Assembly (NCBI GenBank): GCA_965240325.2
Contig: OZ251224.1
Coordinates: forward strand, 2,604,001-2,668,000
Direction of reading: 5' to 3'
Source: Rebecca billardiae RCC1528
Lineage: Eukaryota; Protista; Haptophyta
Length of the DNA stretch: 64,000 bases
Part shown: positions 10,780-23,200 of the stretch, piece after piece
Numbering within the stretch: the stretch's first letter is position 1
How the letters are laid out: every line of letters starts with the position of its first letter
Made by a program: the position numbers and the translations under genes
The notes under the pieces: model-generated
Seen by the model: the letters and a program-made list of their open reading frames with translations, nothing else
What the model was told of the DNA's origin: nothing
Database searches by the model: none

Positions 10780-13182
10780 TCACTCGATCACGGGGTTGTT
10801 TTTGAAGAGCCACTCCGCCAGGTAGTCGACCGGGTCGTCGGGCCGCACCTTGGTGACCTCGATCAAGCCCTCGGTGAGGGTCGGGATCACTTCGGACATG
10901 AGGTACGAGCGCAGGGGCACGCTGCGCGCCTGCACGGCGGGGCCGGCCCGGCGCGGCGCGGAGGGGCGGCGTGTGAGCACGAGGGAGCGGCACGCGGGAC
11001 GGGGCTTGGGCGGTGGCTTCGGTCCGCGCCCGTGCCCGAGCACGCCGTGCACGCGCCCCGGGCGCGACACACGCGCGGCGCTGCGCACACCTCCAACAGC
11101 TCGCGCTCCTGCTGCTCGAGCTCGGCGGCGCGCGCCTGCTCCGCGGCGCGCAGCTGCTCGCGCTCGGCCTTCTCCTCCTGCACGCGCGCGGGTGCACGGG
11201 GCGAGCCGAGCGCAAGGCTCCGCGATCAGCCACGCGGCGCGGCGCGCGCGGCGCGGCGCGCGGCGCGCGGCGGCGCGCGGCGGCGCGCGGCGCGCGTCCG
11301 CGGCGCGCGGCGGCGGCGCGCACCTCGAGCCTCGCGGCGGCGCGCTTCTCCGCGGCCGCCTCCTCCTCCGCCTTGAGCGCCGCCTGCCGCTCCTCCTTCG
11401 CGCGCACCTCCGCCTCCGTCGGCCCGTAGTTCCGCGCCTTCCCCAGGTAGAGCCTCGCCTTGGTCATCAGCTCCTCCTGCCCCATCGAGTCTGTGTCCAG
11501 CTCGAGCGGCTCGAGCGCGCGCACCGCCTTGTGCATCAGCGGGTTGTGCGGGCCCTCGGGCGCGGAGGTCTGGGCGTAGAGCTGCAGCCGCTTGGTCAGC
11601 TGGTCCTGCGTCATCCCCGTCGCCTCCACCTGCGGCTGGCTCATCCCCTGCACGCGCGCCTTGAGCGAGTCGTCCGCGGCGTGCAGCACGATCACGGACT
11701 CTGGCGTCAGGTCGGCGGGCGGCTTGGGCGGGGGCCCGCCCTCGCCCTCCTCGTCGCCGCCCTCGTCCGCCGCGGCCTCCTCCTCCTCGTCGTCCTCCTT
11801 CTCGGGGGCGAGCAGCTTGAGCTGCGCGAGGCTGATCGGGAAGCCGTCGAGCACCCAGCCCTGGTTCGTGCACACCGTCGAGTTGAGCTTCTTCGTCGCG
11901 ATCTTGACGAGCAGCTCGTCCGGAAGCGTGCCCGTCTTGCCCTTGTCGGCCGCCTCGGCCGCGCGCACCTCGTCCGCGAGCGCCGACTGCTCGGCGACGA
12001 CCTCGGCGATCATCGAGGCGGCGGTGAGGTGCGGCACCTTGTACTCGCGCGAGATGCTCTCGCAGAACGTGTGCTCGAGCACGCCCGACACGCCCGCCAG
12101 CGCGCCCACGACGATGAGCTTGAGCGGCTCGATCGCGCGCGCCTTTCGGAACTCCTTGGTGACTGTGTGGATGTGCTTCACGAGCCCGCGCGGCGCGTGC
12201 CACTCGAAGCCGAAGTCGAGGGCGGCGGTGGGCTCGAGGCGGAGGTCGAGGTTGAAGAGGTCCGCGCTCTTGTCCAGCGCCGCCTCGTCCTTCGGCGCCG
12301 GCACCACCTCGCCCGTTCCCACGTTCACGGCGATCGCCTCGGTGATCGCCTTGAACGTCTGGCCCTCCGCTAGCGCTTGGTCGACCGCGAGCACGTACGC
12401 GGGCGCCTCGTTCTCGGCGACGTGGAGCAGGATGGAGCAGAGGTCCTTGACGTGCACCGTGGGCACGAGGTTGGCGCCCTCGCCCTGGCAGAGCAGCGGC
12501 AGCGCCTCGTTGTGCCACGCCCGCTTGAACAAGTCGTGCAGCACCTCCTCCTCCAGCCCGTACTGCAGACCGGCGCACACGACGTGCGCGCGCACGCCCT
12601 CGCGCTTCGCGCGGACGACGAGCTTCTCGAGGGTGTGCACGTCGCGGAAGTTGACGTGCGGCCGCCGCCGCTTGTACTCCTCCTCTGTCAGCGCCTTCTC
12701 GGGGTCCTCGGGGTCCGCCTCCGACGTGCGCGCCCACGTGAGCACCGTCGAGATACCCAGCACGACCTTCTCCTCCTCAGAGGGAGGCAGCGCGGCGAGC
12801 AGCTCGAGGCAGCGCTCGGAGAGCGCGGCGTCGCCCACCAGGTCCAGAATGATCACGCGTGCGCGCTCGAGGGCTGGGCCGAGCGCCTCGGCCGACGTCT
12901 GCGCAGCAGCCGCGGCCGGCAAGGCGCGCCGATCAGCGCGCGGCGTGGCGCGAGCGAACGCGCGTGTGCGTGTGCGCGCGCGCGCAGGCGGAAGCTCACC
13001 TCGACAATCGAGCTCACCCACTTGGGCTTGGTGGTACCGGACTTGAGCGTTCCCGTCACCTCCCATCCCTCCTCGCCCTCCGCCTCGGCGAACGCCTGCG
13101 CGACGGCGTTGGCGGTGTACCCGCCGACGCCGAGCACAAACATCGGATTCTTCACAACCGGTTCCTCCTCCTCGTCAGCCAT
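10780..13182 (-). CDS. AK7: Adenylate kinase 7-like flagellar protein; predicted exons 13182-13000, 12898-11324, 11177-11091, 10929-10780
   Basis: Rossmann-like N-domain ([30 protein letters not shown]), AK domain ([10 protein letters not shown]), coiled coil and C-terminal Dpy-30 motif ([21 protein letters not shown]...[13 protein letters not shown]). Confidence 0.92.
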
Positions 13183-13717
13183 GGCTGCTGCGGCGCACGG
13201 CACGCAGCGCGCAGCGAGGCTGGGTCAGATGGCCGCGCGCGGGCGCCCTGCGCGCGGCACGCTTCAGCGCGCGCGCGCGCGCGAGTGGCCGCCCAACGCG
13301 CGCTCGCACCACCTGCAGGGATGGCGGCGCTCGTAACAGTCCAGTTGAGTTTTTGAAAACCGGCAAACGCTGCAGCCTGCAGCTTTTTTTTATTCGCGCG
13401 AAGCAGCATGGCGGCGCGCTGGCCGGCGTGCATCATGCAGCAAGTGAAGCCAAGGGCGGTACGCCCTTGCTGAAGCGCTCATCCACGTGCTGCTACAGCG
13501 TCAGTGGATCCGTGCGTTGGAGCGCACGGTCTGACCTCACAGATCGCGCCTACCAACGTTGTGCGCCTGGGCCTTGCCCACGTGCGCGAATCATGGCGCA
13601 GTGCAAAGCAGCACATCACCTTGTGCCTATGTGCAAGCCGACAGAACTTCCGCCGCGAGTCACAGAGTACCATCAAACGGAAACGAGTCTTCGCCATGCA
13701 GCCCTGCAGATCTGTTC

Positions 13718-13946
13718 CCGAGCGAAATCCTTGCCATGTGTCGTTCGCTGTCCGCCTCCTGTTGCGTACAGCCCACCCTGCGCGTCTGGCCGGCCTAAAC
13801 GGCGGCATGCATAACATTCCGAGTCTCGAACATCGCTTCCATGCACAAATTAAAGAGCGCCCTCGTGTGCAGCGAGCTCATGGGATGACGACTCCAACAG
13901 ATGCATGAAACGGTCATCGGGCCAGGCTTGGTCTCTTCCGCTTGAC
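13718..13946 (+). repeat. Dispersed repeat, copy 1 (partner at 35278-35480)
   Basis: Shared collinear blocks GCCATGTGTCGTTCGCTGTCCGCCTCCTG, CATCGCTTCCATGC, CCCTCGTGTGCAGCGAGCTCATGGGA, CATCGGGCCA and TCCGCTTGAC. This copy has a short extra insertion. Confidence 0.85.
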
Positions 13947-14709
13947 AAGCCGCCATCACGCCGTCAATGTGCGTCAGCACGTCTGCCTGACCATGAAGTC
14001 ACATTCACGCACTTCGGCCTGATCCGACTGGCGACTTGTCCGAGGCGGAGCCATTCGAATGAGCGCATGACATGACGATTCCTCGCGTTGCCGCATGAGC
14101 ATCAGCATTCATTTCGTCGCGTGAGCAGCCCGAGCGGCCGGCGTCAGAATCGACAATCGTCCGCCGCGGCGGCGGCGGCGGGCATCCGAGCTCTAACTTC
14201 ACTGAACTTGCTGACTGAGTGACTATACCTTATTTGACCCGGTCGGACCGGACCGCCGAGTGGCGACGTCCGACCCGCCGGCTGAGTCACGCGTCTTCAC
14301 AATAGAGCTCTATATGCCTATATATATATGTTGCCGAAAGATGTTGGTCGGTGCACGCGACGCGCCACCCGCGTGCGAGCCGCAGCCGCCGGCGACGCAG
14401 GACGCGACATGGCTGGATGCCCGCGCCACGGCTGCAGAGCCCGAGAAGCCGATGATGGCGATCGGAGATCTTTGGCCGGTAACAGAAAATGCCGGACGGA
14501 CTGTTTGTCCGGGAGCAGCTCGTTGAGGCCATGGTCCGGTAGAGGGCGATGGAGCTGATGAGCGGCGCTGGCGCCTGGCGTCCGTGTCGTCCTCTTAGAC
14601 AATCAGTTATTGTACCGCCAATAACCCCACATATATTGCGTGTCGTAGTGGCATCTCACTGACAGTGCCGCCGGACAGCGTCGCATTATGATGCATGCAG
14701 CTAGTCATA

Positions 14710-17084
14710 CTAGCTCGGGCGCAGCATGAATCCAAAAAGCTCCGCGGCGCCACACAGCTCAAACCGCAGCCGCACACGCCGGCCGACGAGCGCAACATCA
14801 ATGCGCGGCGTGCTCGCTGCACCATCGCGGGGCTGCCAGTGCAGGACCACATCCACAGCGTCAGCGCTCTGCGCAGCAAGCGCCCGCTCGTGGCCGCCGA
14901 TCGGCTCAAGACTCGCATCGTCAATCAGCGCCGCGGCGAGGCTGCTCTCGAGACCGTGGTCGCTCAGAAGCGCGCGCGCGTTCACGCTCAGCACGCGATG
15001 CTGGTCCAGCAGCTCAAACGCCCGCGTCTCCAGCTGACCACACCGCGCGGTCGTGGTGGGGTGGGTGCTGTGGGACGCTGCCGGGGCGGCGGGCACCGCC
15101 TGGCCGGTGCCGACCGAGGCTGCGTCAGCGCACGCTGGGTCGACGCGCACGCCCGCCAGCCTGTGCAGCGGCCAGCGCGCGCGCGCGATGGTCGCCGGCT
15201 TCCAGTAGCGATGGCTGTGCTGTGTCGGCCGCCCCTCGTAGTAGAGAACGTGCCCGTCCTCGCCGAGGGTGAGTAGCTCGGAGCTCGGCTCAATAAAGCC
15301 CGCGTCGAACTCGCACGCGAGGCTCGCGTGCGGTGGGGTGGCTGCCGCTCCGGGTGGCTGCGAGGCGACGGCAGACGCGGGCCGACAGCCGCCGGGGTCG
15401 AGAATCGGGGCATCTGCATACACGGAGCTCAAGTCAAAGGTGCGCCCGCCGTCGCGCGTGGGCAGGGCAAACACGCTCATCGTGTCGAACCAGAAGGGCG
15501 GGCGCGCGTCGAGGCCGGGCGCGGGTTTGGAGCCCACGCCTGGCCAGTGCAGCACCGTGAGTAGCCCCACGCCCAGCGCGCCGCGTGCGGGCGCTGCGGA
15601 GCGCCTCGCGCGGCGCTGCTGCGGATGCGAGCGTGGCGCAGTGCCCGGTGCCGCCGCCGACGTCAGCCCATCGCTGAGCGTGAGCGAGTAGATCTGCCGA
15701 CGGTACCTCTCCGCCTTGCCCTCACGATCGAGGTACCACTCGCGGACGGTCTCAAAGGCAGCGGGCTTGGCGAGGAGGCGCGTGTTCCGCGCAACCACGA
15801 CGCCTCGCACGGCGCGCCACTGCGATTCCAACTCCTCGTTGCCAAAGCCCTGCGGTGCAAACGTGCGGCGCGGCGCAGATGCGGGCCGCGGCGTGAGCGC
15901 CGGCGCATCAGCCCCGGCGGTGGGTGGGGGGCGGGATTCGTGCGACGGAGCGCGGCTTGGCACGTGGGACGCGACGCGGCACGCACAACGCGCTTGATCA
16001 GCCAGTGCGCGCCGTCGGCAGCAGACCAGCGCACGCAGTTGTACGAGTCAGCGTGGTGCGCACACGGCGGGCCGCAGCACCCGCGCACCCTCTCGCAAGG
16101 GAGCGCCAGCAGCGAGCCGTTGTGGGGAGCGCGGCTGCCACCGCCGAGCGGGGACCAACGAGCGTCCGCGTGTGCGTTGGCCGGCGCGCTTGCGAGGCAC
16201 ACGGACTCTGCGAGGTTGCCGCAGTGGCGCCCCATCAGCAGCTTGCCGTGCGCCTCGTCGAGCGAGATACACATCTCCAGGCGCAGCCCGTGCACGCCTG
16301 TCTGCGTGAGGGGCGCCCACGCTAGCCCGTCGGCCGACTCGGTGTACCAGATGGTCTTCCTGCCCAGCCACATGCGATAGAGCGGGTATGCACGGCTGGG
16401 GGGAACCACTGACCCGTACATCGCGAAGTGGTAGGCGTAGCACCACTGCTCGTCTTCATTCTGAAGCCTTGCTGCGCACCACGCGCGCACTGCGGGCGTC
16501 GGGATGTGCAGCACCCTCCTCTCCACGGGGCGGTGGTAAGAGCGGGCGATGCACGTGTGCCGGGCGATCGCATGGTCGTCGACGAGCCATTGCGCCTCAC
16601 CCGGCTGCGGCGCGAAGGGCAAGCGGTGCAGCGAGCGGCGGTACTTTGCCTCAAAGCAGGAAGTGCACGTCCTCAGGTGCGCTGAGTCGACCTGGTATCC
16701 GTCGGGCCGCTTGAGCTGGTCGGGGTGAAATCGGATCGTGCCATTGCGGATGCGCTCCATCAGAAGGCGCTCGTGCGCGTGTGGCCTCCGTCTGCGCGGC
16801 CACGTCGGCACCGGTGTATGCACGCTCGACGCATCCGCCCATTCGCGAGCCACTGGAGCGTCTGCGGCTGAGTGCGTACTTCGGCCGGGCCATACGGCGA
16901 GCTCGGGCGGGACTCCAGCCATACCAGCCGCGCGCTCTCCCTGCCGCGCGCCGTGCGCGCGCCACCGCGGCTGCACAAGCGCGAGACACCATGCTGCAAG
17001 CAGCCAGCCAAATTTAAGCCGCACGCCCGCCGCCATTGTGAGCCCATGATACAATGGCGGCGCTACCATCGGCGACGGCTTCAT
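14710..17084 (-). CDS. Secreted glycoside-hydrolase-like beta-propeller protein; predicted exons 17084 (or 17036)-15987 and 15849-14710
   Basis: Signal-like N-terminus, Asp-box ESADGLAW, motifs QWLVDD, ADSYN, QIYSL, VLYYEG...H and IARARW. The intron 15850-15986 (GTGCGT...CCGCAG) joins the two ORFs in frame. Confidence 0.6.
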
Positions 17085-17148
17085 GGGCGGTGACAGTTGG
17101 CGGGCGTCAATCTCGCCTGCCTGAGCTGTGTGCGTCTCTTATTCTTAG

Positions 17149-17157
17149 TAAACTGTA
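17149..17157. repeat. Left target-site duplication TAAACTGTA
   Basis: Identical 9-mer at 34924-34932, immediately outside the other TIR. Confidence 0.97.
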
Positions 17158-17646
17158 GGGAAAACCCCGGAAGTCCGACGAGGACCGACCGAGCAACCAG
17201 AACTCCGACAAACCTCCGCATCTCAGCACGGCGATTTCCGGACTGGCACCCCCGCCAGTTTTCCGACGGCCAGAAGCTTCGGGAGCGAGCAAATGGCGCC
17301 GCTCGCCCGCAACGCGGAAGATACCGCTCGCGGCGAACCGGCGCGAACGCCCGCCTTGTATTCGGGCGGAGTACCCTAATGAGCGGGGGTGGGTACTTTC
17401 GTATTGCGCGCAGCCTGACGCCCACCCGCGACGAAACGACGCCGTCGACTCCTCCCGCCCGGACCGCCGCCGGAACGTTGCTCGTCAATTAGTTAGAGAA
17501 ATGCGACGCCGGGGGGCGCGCCGCAAAACTTGCTCCCGAGCTCGCCACGAGGGACGATCGATGCCTCGCACGACGTTAAGGGGGTACGCCTGCCACGCGC
17601 GCGGGCGTCGTGCGCGCGCCGCGTGGTCGCGCGCGGCGCATCGCGC
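17158..17646 (+). repeat. Left terminal inverted repeat of the MULE (489 bp)
   Basis: Reverse complement of 34435-34923 with no net indel. About 17 mismatches by eye, 11 of them in one 13-nt block. Confidence 0.95.
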
Positions 17647-20600
17647 GCGCGTGTGTCTTCGTTCGCGCGCGCGGCGTGCGCTCGCGCATGTCGTCACGCC
17701 GTGCGTTCTGCGTCGTTGCGCGGCGTCGTGCCCGCGTGCCGCGCGCAGGCCGCCGCCGCCTGCGGGGACGACTCCGACTGCGACGAGCTTCGCGAACGGG
17801 GCTGCTGTGGACGTGGTGTACGAGCAGGGTGCACCGGCAGTCCGTGCTGTGGTCGCGGCGCTTGGGGTCGGCGCACACGGGCGAGTGCAGACGTACGTCC
17901 TCCGGGCTGCCGAGGGAGTGTCTGCTCATGCGTGGGCTGCGGTCCCTGGCGACACCGTCGGTGCGTCCGCGGATGGAACAGTCGAGGGCGCAGGCTCGTT
18001 GAAGAGGGTGCCAGCGGCGCACGTGCGTGCGCCGCCCGCCGGCGAGCAGTGCGCCGAGCAGGGGCAGGGCGCCGAGCAGGGCGCCGAGCAGGGCGCCCTG
18101 CTCGGCGCCCTGCTCGGCGCCGAGCCGGGCGCCGAGCAGGGCAAGCAGGCCGCCGAGCAGGGCGCCGAGCCGGGCGCCGAGCCGGGCGCCGAGCAGGGCG
18201 CCGAGCAGGGCGCCCAGCCGGGCGCCGGGCAGGGCGCCGGGCAGGGCAAGCAGGCCGCCGAGCAGGGCGCCGAGCCGGGCGCCGAGCAGGGCGCCGAGCA
18301 GGGCAAGCAGGGCGCCCAGCCGGGCGCCGGGCCGGGCGCCGAGCCGGGCGCCGAGCAGGGCAAGCAGGCCGCCGAGCAGGGCGCCGAGCCGGGCGCCGAG
18401 CAGGGCGCCGAGCAGGGCGCCCAGCCGGGCGCCGGGCAGGGCGCCGGGCCGGGCGCCGGGCCGGGCGCCGAGCAGGGCAAGCAGGGCGCCGAGCAGGGCG
18501 CCGAGCAGGGCGCCGAGCAGGGCGCCCAGCCGGGCGCCGGGCATGGCAAGCAGGCCGCCGAGCAGGGCACCGAGCCGGGCGCCGAGCAGGGCGCCGAGCA
18601 GGGCGCCCAGCCGGGCGCCGAGCAGGGCGCCGAGCAGGGCGCCGACGGCCGGCCGGCCCGCCACGGCAGCACGCGCGTGGGCGGCGGCAGCTACGCCGCC
18701 CAGGGCATCCAGCAGGAGGCTGCGGGGCAGCGCGGCGCGCAGGGGGCGGCTCACCACAACGGGCGCGGCGGCGTGCGGACGCGGGCCATGCGCCGCCAGC
18801 CGCCACTTGCGCCACCCGCCGAAGCGCTGCCCGGCGTCACCTCGGCGCCGGCGCCGCCGTCGGCGCCGACGGCGGTCGCAGGCGTCACGGCGGCGCCGGC
18901 GGCGCCGCCTGCGGCCGCCGGCGGCCCCGCGACAAGCGACGAACGCGCCGAGCCGCCACGCGCACCCGTCGCAACGCTGGCGCCGGCGCCGGCGCCGCCG
19001 CCGGCGCCGACGGCGGTCGCCGGCGTCACGGCGGCGCCGGCGGCGCCGCCTTCGGCCGCCGGCGGCCCCGCGACAAGCGACGAACGCGCCGAGCCGCCAC
19101 GCGCACCCGTCGAAACGCTGGCGGGTGCCACCGGCGTCACCGCGGCGGCGCCGGCGCCGCCGCCTGCGGCCGCCGGCGGCCCCGCGACGCGCGCCGAACG
19201 CGCCGAGCCGCCACGCGCACCCGCCGAGGCGCCGGCGGCTGCCACCGGCGTCACCGCGGCGGCGCCGGCGCCGCCGGCGCCGGCTGCGGCCGCCGACGGC
19301 CCCGCGGGCGTCAACTCAGATGACGCCGGTGGTGCTGCCTCGGGCGAGGTGGCACGGGCGGCGACGGCGTCGACCGCGACGCGCGCCGAACGCGCCGAGC
19401 CGCCACGCGCACCCGCCGAGGCGCGGGCGGCTGCCACCGGCGTCACCGCGGCGGCGCCGGCGCCGCCGGCGCCGGCTGCGGCCGCCGACGGCCCCGCGGG
19501 CGTCAACTCAGATGACTCCGGTGGTGCTGCCTCGGGCGAGGTGGCACGGGCGGCGACGGCGTCGATGGGTGGAGCGGCGGCTGGCGCAGCGGGGTCGCAC
19601 TCCCATGCACCACAGCAGGCGCCCGCCGCCGCGCAACCCGGCGGTGGCGGCCACGCTGACGACGGCGGCGGCGTCTACGGCAGCGGCGACGGCGGCTCAC
19701 GCGAGCTGTTCGCGATGAGCGATGTCTTGCAGCACGTGGATCATTTCTTCAGCGGCATCTACGGGAAACGCCGGGGGTTCGGCGGAGACACGCCCGCCGC
19801 GCCGGCGCAGGCGCACGCGCACGTGCTGGTGCGCCCCAGCGCGGTGGCGGATGCGGACGCGCGGACGACGAAGCACGGGCCGCAACCGAACAACGGCCGA
19901 TTGGTGCCGGCCATCCTCAGGTTCAACCGCGCGTTCGCGTCACGGCATCTCGGCGGCGGCGGCGGCACGGTCCGCGTGGTGAACGTGGTGTGCGATGCCA
20001 CGAACAACAAGCACTTCGGCGTGCTCACGGATGCCGACGCTGTGCGCGAGCTGTGCGCCTCGGGCGCCTTGTACACGCGCAGCGAGGTGGACGATGCGGT
20101 GCGCGAGTTCTACGCCGGCGCCGCCGCGAGCGTCGGCGGCTCTGTCTCTGAGCTCGCCCTGCGCGCAGCAGGCGAGCACTTCGGTGTGCACGGCCCGTTG
20201 CCCTACGTCCTCGACGCGGACGTGCGAGTCGCCTTAGCGGACGCTGAGGCCGACGACGATGGCGTCGCAGGCGGCGACGCGCCCTGGGTTCACCGGGCGC
20301 TTGCGTTGCCCTCGATGCGGCGCTCGGGACAGGCGGTGTTCGGCCTCCCCGCCGTGGTTGCACAGGCGCCCTCCTGGTGCGCGCTTGTGCCCACGCCGCT
20401 GCGGGCGCCCGCTGAGCAGGGGACGTCGCCTTTGCTGCACGCCGCCGTGGCCGTGGTGGACTACCGGTCCGTGGACACCGACGACACCGACGAGTCGGAG
20501 CCCGTCGTCGGCGCGCACGCGTACGCCATCCGCTTCGAGAAGGGCTGGCGCCTCCTCACCTTCGCCACGCGGCCGCCCAGTGGTGCGGCGGGCGCGATGA

Positions 20601-23200
20601 CGGCTGCGACGTGCACGGACCTCACGGTCGACGCCTTCGCCGCCGCCGTCAGCCGGCGTGAGGTTGCTGCGTGCGAGCTGCAGTCAGCGCCGCCGCGGGC
20701 CATTGCGCCCCCCGTCCAGCACGCCGCCCCCGCGCTCCACGACTCGCCGCCCAGCCCGGACGAGACGGACGCGTTGCCGCCCCGCCCGCGCCGGGACGTG
20801 GTCCCGACGTCCACGGACGTGCTCATGGGCGCCTCCGCGGTGTGCAGCGCGCTCGGCATCGGGCCATGCCATTGGGCGCCCGATGGCGACCCGCCCGGGC
20901 TCATGACGAACGCCGCGGCCATCGCGGAGGCGGCGCTCACGTACGTGCAGTCGAACTACGACGTGATTGGGGGCACGGCGGCGTCGGCGGACCTGCTGCA
21001 CACGCTCCACCAGATCATGGTCGCCGGCCGCCCGCAGCGCTCGTTTGACAGGCCTCTCCCCCGGCCGGGCGGTGGGACGCGCGTGCGCGTCGCAGGCGTC
21101 GTCGGCGAGCTGCCCGTCCATGAACAAGAGCTGATGCTCGCCTCGAAGCACACGTGCGTCGCGGCGGCCATCGCGTGCGCCTCGGCGCTCGTGCTGCGCG
21201 TCAAGGCGGCACACCTGCGATACGACGCCCTCGCCGACGTCAGCGTGGGCGATGGTGCGTCCTTCGAGGCGGCGGACTACCTCACCAAGGTGCGCATCGT
21301 CAGCGCACGGCTCGTCGCGCCCGAGCGGAAGAAGCGGCTCACCTTCGAGCTCCTCGCCGTCTCCGAGGATAACGCCGGTGCTTACGACCGCGTGCTCAAC
21401 GCCGACACGAGCTCGCGGGCACTCCACCGGGACGAGGTGCTCGAGTTCACCTACGTGCCTTCGAAGACGCGCTCGTGGAAGTCGACGGAGGCGCTGTCAA
21501 CGCACAGCCGCGCGGCGGCCGGCGACGACGCCGACGCCGGCAACTTCGGCACGCTGTTCTTCGTCCCGCACATGCGCGACCCCGTGAAGGCAGCCGCCCT
21601 GGCGCGCCCGCCGCCTGCCGGGACGCCACCTGCCGCGCCGCCCGTGGGTGCGATTGTGGACTTTCGCCCCTTGTGCATCAGCGTGTGGGCTGACATCGTC
21701 CCGTTCTGCCAGGATCGGCTCTGGACGCACCCGGCGGACCCAGTCACCGGCAAAAGCAGCGGCGTGGACGCGCCGAAGATGTACGCCGCCGCGCTCCACA
21801 GGCGCGCGCCCTCGCTGGCGCGGCACGTACAGGCGGCGCCAGCGCGCAAGCGTCGCCTGAACGAACGCGGCGCCGACGCGGGCGGCGCGGGCGGCGCCGC
21901 CGGTGGGCGTGTGGTGGCGCGCCGGCCGGTCGGCGACCCGGGCCGCGTCGCCGTCACACGGCCATCCGCCGTCGCGCGCGCACCCGGGCCACCCGAACAG
22001 GCGACGCGCATGTGCACCGAGCTCGCTGCGGCCCACGCCCAGCTCGCTGAGATGGTGCACGGCATCCCCAACGCAATGGCACAAGCGATCGGACAACTCG
22101 CTGCGAACGACGCCAAGCGCCAGAAGGACTACGAGGCCTGGCGCGCGGCGGACGACGAGCGGCGCCGGCAGGAGCGCGCGGCGGACGAGGCCTGGCGCCA
22201 GCAGGAGCGCGCGGAGGCGGCGCGCCGACGCGACGAGGATCGCGCGGCCGCAATGAAACGTGACGAGATCGCGAGCGCGATGGTGGCGTCTATGCAGGCG
22301 TTGACGCAGTTCATGATGGACCGCAGCGCAGGTGGCGCACAGCCCGGCCCGCACGCGTCGGCGCACGCGGCGTGCGTCCAGCTGCCAACAGGCGAAGCAC
22401 CGCACGGCGCGCACGCCCCGGCTGCGGGCCCGTCGGTGAGCGCTGCGTCCGCTGCGCCCACGTCGCGCGCACCCACGGCACGGCGTGGCGCGCCGCCGCC
22501 GGTCGCATTCGGCCAGCGCGCGCGGCGCCGAGTGCCGCCCCCTGACTCGCGTGTGCCCGCCAGGCCGCTGCACTGTCGCTCCGTGCGCCGGCCGCGCAGG
22601 CCGACGAAGCCCCCGCGGGCCAGCCCCCGCCGGCCGCGCAGTAGACGCCGACCCACAAGGGCGCGTCCTGACGTGCCCACGCGCCGCCCACAGGTGCGCG
22701 CACACACCACATCGGGCGGCGCCAGCCGTGCGCACGCCGAGCGGCGTGTACGCGCAGCCCTGGCTCAGTCGCGCCCGACCGCCCCCGTGCGCGCGCGCGC
22801 GTCGCGGTGGCGTGCACAGGCTGCGCGCCACCCGGGGCGGCCACGCGGGTGGCCGCCACCGCTGGCAGCATCTGGCCACGAGCTCGGCACCCGGGGTGCC
22901 GGCGGAGTGGCTCGTCGGAATCGCCGTGGCCTGAGCCCGGTTCTCCGAGCACACGGCCACAGGCACCCCCCCGGCCAGCGCCTCTGCGCCACTCGCAGTG
23001 ACGGCGCCACAAGGGCCTACGGCGGGGCCCGCCGAGAAGGTCTTAGCGCAGGTCTTAGCGGGATGCAAGCAGCGCCACGCGCGACAACACTGATACACGC
23101 CGCCGGGGGCCCACACTGTGCCGGCCCGTGCTATGTCGTCGTCAGCTCGGACGCAGGCCGGCCGGCCGGTGCCGTGAGTCGGCGCCTGTCGTTCTGTTAG
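17501..23200 (+). CDS. MULE accessory protein (mudrB-like position) of unknown function; true 5' and 3' exon limits uncertain
   Basis: 1899-codon stop-free frame starting within the left TIR. Possible small beta-barrel (Tudor/SH3-like) at ~17790-18035, long repeats, globular region ~19700-21800 and a coiled coil at ~22010-22320. Confidence 0.7.
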   Translation: MRRRGARRKTCSRARHEGRSMPRTTLRGYACHARGRRARAAWSRAAHRARVCLRSRARRALAHVVTPCVLRRCAASCPRAARRPPPPAGTTPTATSFANGAAVDVVYEQGAPAVRAVVAALGVGAHGRVQTYVLRAAEGVSAHAWAAVPGDTVGASADGTVEGAGSLKRVPAAHVRAPPAGEQCAEQGQGAEQGAEQGALLGALLGAEPGAEQGKQAAEQGAEPGAEPGAEQGAEQGAQPGAGQGAGQGKQAAEQGAEPGAEQGAEQGKQGAQPGAGPGAEPGAEQGKQAAEQGAEPGAEQGAEQGAQPGAGQGAGPGAGPGAEQGKQGAEQGAEQGAEQGAQPGAGHGKQAAEQGTEPGAEQGAEQGAQPGAEQGAEQGADGRPARHGSTRVGGGSYAAQGIQQEAAGQRGAQGAAHHNGRGGVRTRAMRRQPPLAPPAEALPGVTSAPAPPSAPTAVAGVTAAPAAPPAAAGGPATSDERAEPPRAPVATLAPAPAPPPAPTAVAGVTAAPAAPPSAAGGPATSDERAEPPRAPVETLAGATGVTAAAPAPPPAAAGGPATRAERAEPPRAPAEAPAAATGVTAAAPAPPAPAAAADGPAGVNSDDAGGAASGEVARAATASTATRAERAEPPRAPAEARAAATGVTAAAPAPPAPAAAADGPAGVNSDDSGGAASGEVARAATASMGGAAAGAAGSHSHAPQQAPAAAQPGGGGHADDGGGVYGSGDGGSRELFAMSDVLQHVDHFFSGIYGKRRGFGGDTPAAPAQAHAHVLVRPSAVADADARTTKHGPQPNNGRLVPAILRFNRAFASRHLGGGGGTVRVVNVVCDATNNKHFGVLTDADAVRELCASGALYTRSEVDDAVREFYAGAAASVGGSVSELALRAAGEHFGVHGPLPYVLDADVRVALADAEADDDGVAGGDAPWVHRALALPSMRRSGQAVFGLPAVVAQAPSWCALVPTPLRAPAEQGTSPLLHAAVAVVDYRSVDTDDTDESEPVVGAHAYAIRFEKGWRLLTFATRPPSGAAGAMTAATCTDLTVDAFAAAVSRREVAACELQSAPPRAIAPPVQHAAPALHDSPPSPDETDALPPRPRRDVVPTSTDVLMGASAVCSALGIGPCHWAPDGDPPGLMTNAAAIAEAALTYVQSNYDVIGGTAASADLLHTLHQIMVAGRPQRSFDRPLPRPGGGTRVRVAGVVGELPVHEQELMLASKHTCVAAAIACASALVLRVKAAHLRYDALADVSVGDGASFEAADYLTKVRIVSARLVAPERKKRLTFELLAVSEDNAGAYDRVLNADTSSRALHRDEVLEFTYVPSKTRSWKSTEALSTHSRAAAGDDADAGNFGTLFFVPHMRDPVKAAALARPPPAGTPPAAPPVGAIVDFRPLCISVWADIVPFCQDRLWTHPADPVTGKSSGVDAPKMYAAALHRRAPSLARHVQAAPARKRRLNERGADAGGAGGAAGGRVVARRPVGDPGRVAVTRPSAVARAPGPPEQATRMCTELAAAHAQLAEMVHGIPNAMAQAIGQLAANDAKRQKDYEAWRAADDERRRQERAADEAWRQQERAEAARRRDEDRAAAMKRDEIASAMVASMQALTQFMMDRSAGGAQPGPHASAHAACVQLPTGEAPHGAHAPAAGPSVSAASAAPTSRAPTARRGAPPPVAFGQRARRRVPPPDSRVPARPLHCRSVRRPRRPTKPPRASPRRPRSRRRPTRARPDVPTRRPQVRAHTTSGGASRAHAERRVRAALAQSRPTAPVRARASRWRAQAARHPGRPRGWPPPLAASGHELGTRGAGGVARRNRRGLSPVLRAHGHRHPPGQRLCATRSDGATRAYGGARREGLSAGLSGMQAAPRATTLIHAAGGPHCAGPCYVVVSSDAGRPAGAVSRRLSFC
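18050..18642 (+). repeat. Coding minisatellite built on a 12-bp GGCGCCGAGCAG unit ([16 protein letters not shown])
   Basis: Directly visible tandem array of about 590 bp with variant units. Confidence 0.95.
18844..19564 (+). repeat. Two pairs of near-identical coding tandem duplications (~140-bp and ~190-bp units)
   Basis: [16 protein letters not shown]...[12 protein letters not shown] occurs twice; [15 protein letters not shown]...[21 protein letters not shown] occurs twice. Confidence 0.9.

Noticed and set aside
18050-18642. CRISPR-like array
   Set aside because: Contiguous tandem units without unique spacers, in frame within an ORF, with no cas genes in a eukaryotic context.
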